Source: Scyliorhinus canicula
Taxonomy: Eukaryota
NCBI RefSeq assembly: GCF_902713615.1
Contig: NW_024055498.1
Coordinates: 732,878-796,877, forward strand
Length of the DNA: 64,000 nt
Direction: 5' to 3'
Positions 61,430-64,000 of the stretch are shown here, piece after piece. A program made the translations under genes and the position numbers. Each line of letters begins with the position of its first letter. The stretch's first letter is position 1. The notes under the pieces were generated by a model that had not been told where the DNA came from, did no database searches, and saw only the letters and a program-made list of their open reading frames with translations.

Positions 61430-61780
61430 TTGAGCAGGGCGCAGGTGCAGGATGGTCACAGGTCTCCAGACATTCAAGCGTCACTATTTCCGCTCCGGCA
61501 ATCCCCCCTGCAGCTGTTACCAGCCGCACAGTCTGACTAGTTTAGAATCTGCGGTGTCCCGGGGCGCAGCTTCCGTTTGCTGTTCCCATTTTCATTCTGA
61601 AACGATTGTGTTGTTGGGGAAATTGCTGCACATGACCCATTCGTGGCATCGGATAGGTCAGCAATGCTGATCGGTTTGGGAGTGTGCATTTCTACTCCAG
61701 CTGATCACTTCCTCCAATGAAGAGGGACTAATTCAGGATCCTCCTGGTTCCGCTCCTCGACATGATCTGACTTCTCAGAG
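61430..61780 (+). pseudogene. Orphan V5-type promoter module plus decayed leader, no recognisable V exon
   Basis: Same conserved promoter blocks; ...GACTTCTCA|GAGAAT aligns with V5 ...CACTTCTCA|GTAAGT with the donor lost. Confidence 0.6.
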
Positions 61781-62654
61781 AATACTTCTCTCACTTTAAA
61801 ACTCCATTCTTCTGTGACTGATCTTTTCACCCAAATATCACTGATTCCACTTGTTTTTCCAACAATCCCATTTTCCTCAAACCCGGGGGGCACTCCGTAT
61901 TTCATTTCTATTTCAGTAATTTACCACAATTTCCTCTTCAGTTACCTCACGGGGCCACTGCCTGCCTATTACCCATCCTATTTAGACCGTAGACAGTTAG
62001 TATGGCCAGTGAGAAGCTCTTCCCCTCAGAAACTCCGGAATTAGCAACACAACAACATCGGCTTTTTTCATCAGTCCTTCCACGGGATAGACGAACCCCT
62101 AAAGGGGAATGTATATGCCCTGGTCTTAAAAACACAATGACATTGATATTCACCCTAAGAAACCTGAGATAATTGTTTTGTAAGCATCTTTTGGTCCTCT
62201 CCACATTATATGAAACTAACCATATAAGAAATAGCATCGGGCGCAGATCAGTTGAACCTTCGAACCTTCAGTAAGATCACAGTTGATCAGATTGCGGCCG
62301 GAGGTCGAATTTCCTGCCCTTCAGAAACGGGAACGCGCTTGAAAATAAGATGCTTCCGTGGAGATGAATAGCAACCTCATTTTTTTTCAATGAGGGACAG
62401 TTGAAAATATCCACCTTGAAAAAGTGTCCATGACGGGAAGTGAGAAAGGGCAGTCCCTGAATTCAGTTTCTCTCATTATCCTCAGAAATTTTTCGACTGG
62501 TTTTGAACTATTTGTCAATGTTTCTGACAAACTGATGGATCCAATTAACGAATTATCTGCATTCAGTCATGCCTCATTATTAACTGTGTAATTTGCTATG
62601 AAATATATATCGAGAGCTATCACTCGATTACAATAATGGCCTGTCTGCCAATGT

Positions 62655-62785
62655 TTGCTTTGTGTGTGCGTGTGTGAATGTGTGTATATGTGTGCATGTG
62701 AGTTTATGTTTGTGTGAAAGAATGTGTGTGTCTGTTTGAGTATGTGTGTGCTTATGTGTGTGTTGTATATGCGTGCGTGCATGTG
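62655..62785 (+). repeat. Imperfect (TG)n microsatellite; (GA)n also at ~63180-63245
   Basis: Visible dinucleotide runs. Confidence 0.85.
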
Positions 62786-64000
62786 TTCTTTATTGCCTTC
62801 CTTTTAGGTGTATGCGTCTGGAAGTGCTAATTTGTATGTCTCCACGTCTGATTCCTGGCGTCTGCAGTTATGCTTATTTTACCAAAAATTATCTAGCAGC
62901 AAGGCGGTGCTACTAGATAATTTGGTAAAGATTTTTCACAGCAGAAATTTTCAATGTACATAAATTACTTCAACTAATCAAGCCATTGTGTGCACAGTTT
63001 TTAATTCTGGTCGTGCGCATAGTGTTTCTTACGTTACGTTTGGAATTATTAATGGGCCATATCAAAACCAGGAATTGCTTCACTTTCAACCTCGTCAAAT
63101 ATTGCAAGAGATGGGATGAGAGAGGGGGAAAGAGTGAGCAAGGTAGAAAGTGATACTGACAAAAAAATGGATGGTGCAAGGAGAGAGAGAGAGAGAGACA
63201 AGCACATGGAAGGAGGGCACAGGGGACAGTGAGAGAGAGAGAGAACGATTGAAAGCAAAACTTTAAGCAGAAGGTCAAGAAAGAGAAAGATACCGAAATA
63301 GGTTTAGCCACACTGGGTAACGGTTACATATGTTTAACTCTAAGTGTGATCCTCTGCTTGAGTGTTTGTATGAATGCGTTTGCGTGTGCGTCTGGTGTAT
63401 GTGTAAGTGCATCGACAGAGCGACAGCCATAAGCGGATTAGTACGGAAAGAGCTTTGAGTGTTCATGCAGTAATTGGGCACCTGCATCACTGATTGGTTC
63501 GTCGTTAGTCCCATTTCGGAGAGAGCAGCCAATCCTCTTCCTCGGCAGCTGTCCCTCAGATTCACAATAAACGAAGCATTCCCCGTTCCGTGTTCACTCT
63601 TCAATGTCAGTCTACAACATTCGGAGTATTTAAAACATTCTGATTGGTTGGCTGAAATCTAAGCCATCTACCATATTTCTCCTATGCCCTTTCCCGGTAA
63701 CCATGGCCGTGCTGCCCGGTGAGTGGATTGCTGAGTCGTTTCCATATTCCATTATTTGCATTTACTCTGACGTCTGGCACAGGTGAAATGAAAATGAAAA
63801 TCGCTTGTTGTCACGAGTAGGCTTCAAATGAAGTTACTGTGCAAAGCCCCTAGTCGTCACATTCCGGCGCCTGTGCGGCAATTCTAGTATGGGAATTGAA
63901 CCGTGCTGCTGGCCTGCCTTGGTCTGCTTTAAAAGCCAGCGATTTAGCCCACTATGCGTTATTTCAGAATTTGTGGAACGGATTCAATGTCCCATAGATG

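Overview
Eukaryotic, repeat-rich vertebrate DNA, most likely a cartilaginous fish (shark-type tRNA-derived SINEs, CR1, L1/Tx1, Rex1, Penelope and solo-LTR elements). The species cannot be fixed from sequence alone. The first ~34 kb is mostly retroelement debris. It contains one intact KRAB-less 7-finger C2H2 zinc-finger ORF (14492-15109, minus), remnants of paralogous ZF-gene promoters and exon heads, and a near-full-length but disrupted L1 (28560-34397). From ~36 kb onward lies a cluster of unrearranged T-cell-receptor-type V gene segments, best fitting TCR alpha/delta. There are seven V exons with 23-class RSSs in mixed orientation, plus at least two decayed V units. No D, J or C segments, no 12-RSS and no IgH-like or VNAR-like V were found. 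The most notable observations are: (1) extended CTCF-like motifs exactly 22 nt beyond the RSS nonamer in V genes of different families; (2) a V gene whose leader and V are in one exon; (3) head-to-head V cassettes whose promoter modules outlived their coding sequence; (4) a 20-copy CCAAT-box minisatellite in a V promoter; (5) Penelope-derived minimal hammerhead ribozyme motifs. Coordinates were counted by hand, TE boundaries are approximate, and family names come from motif recognition, not database searches.
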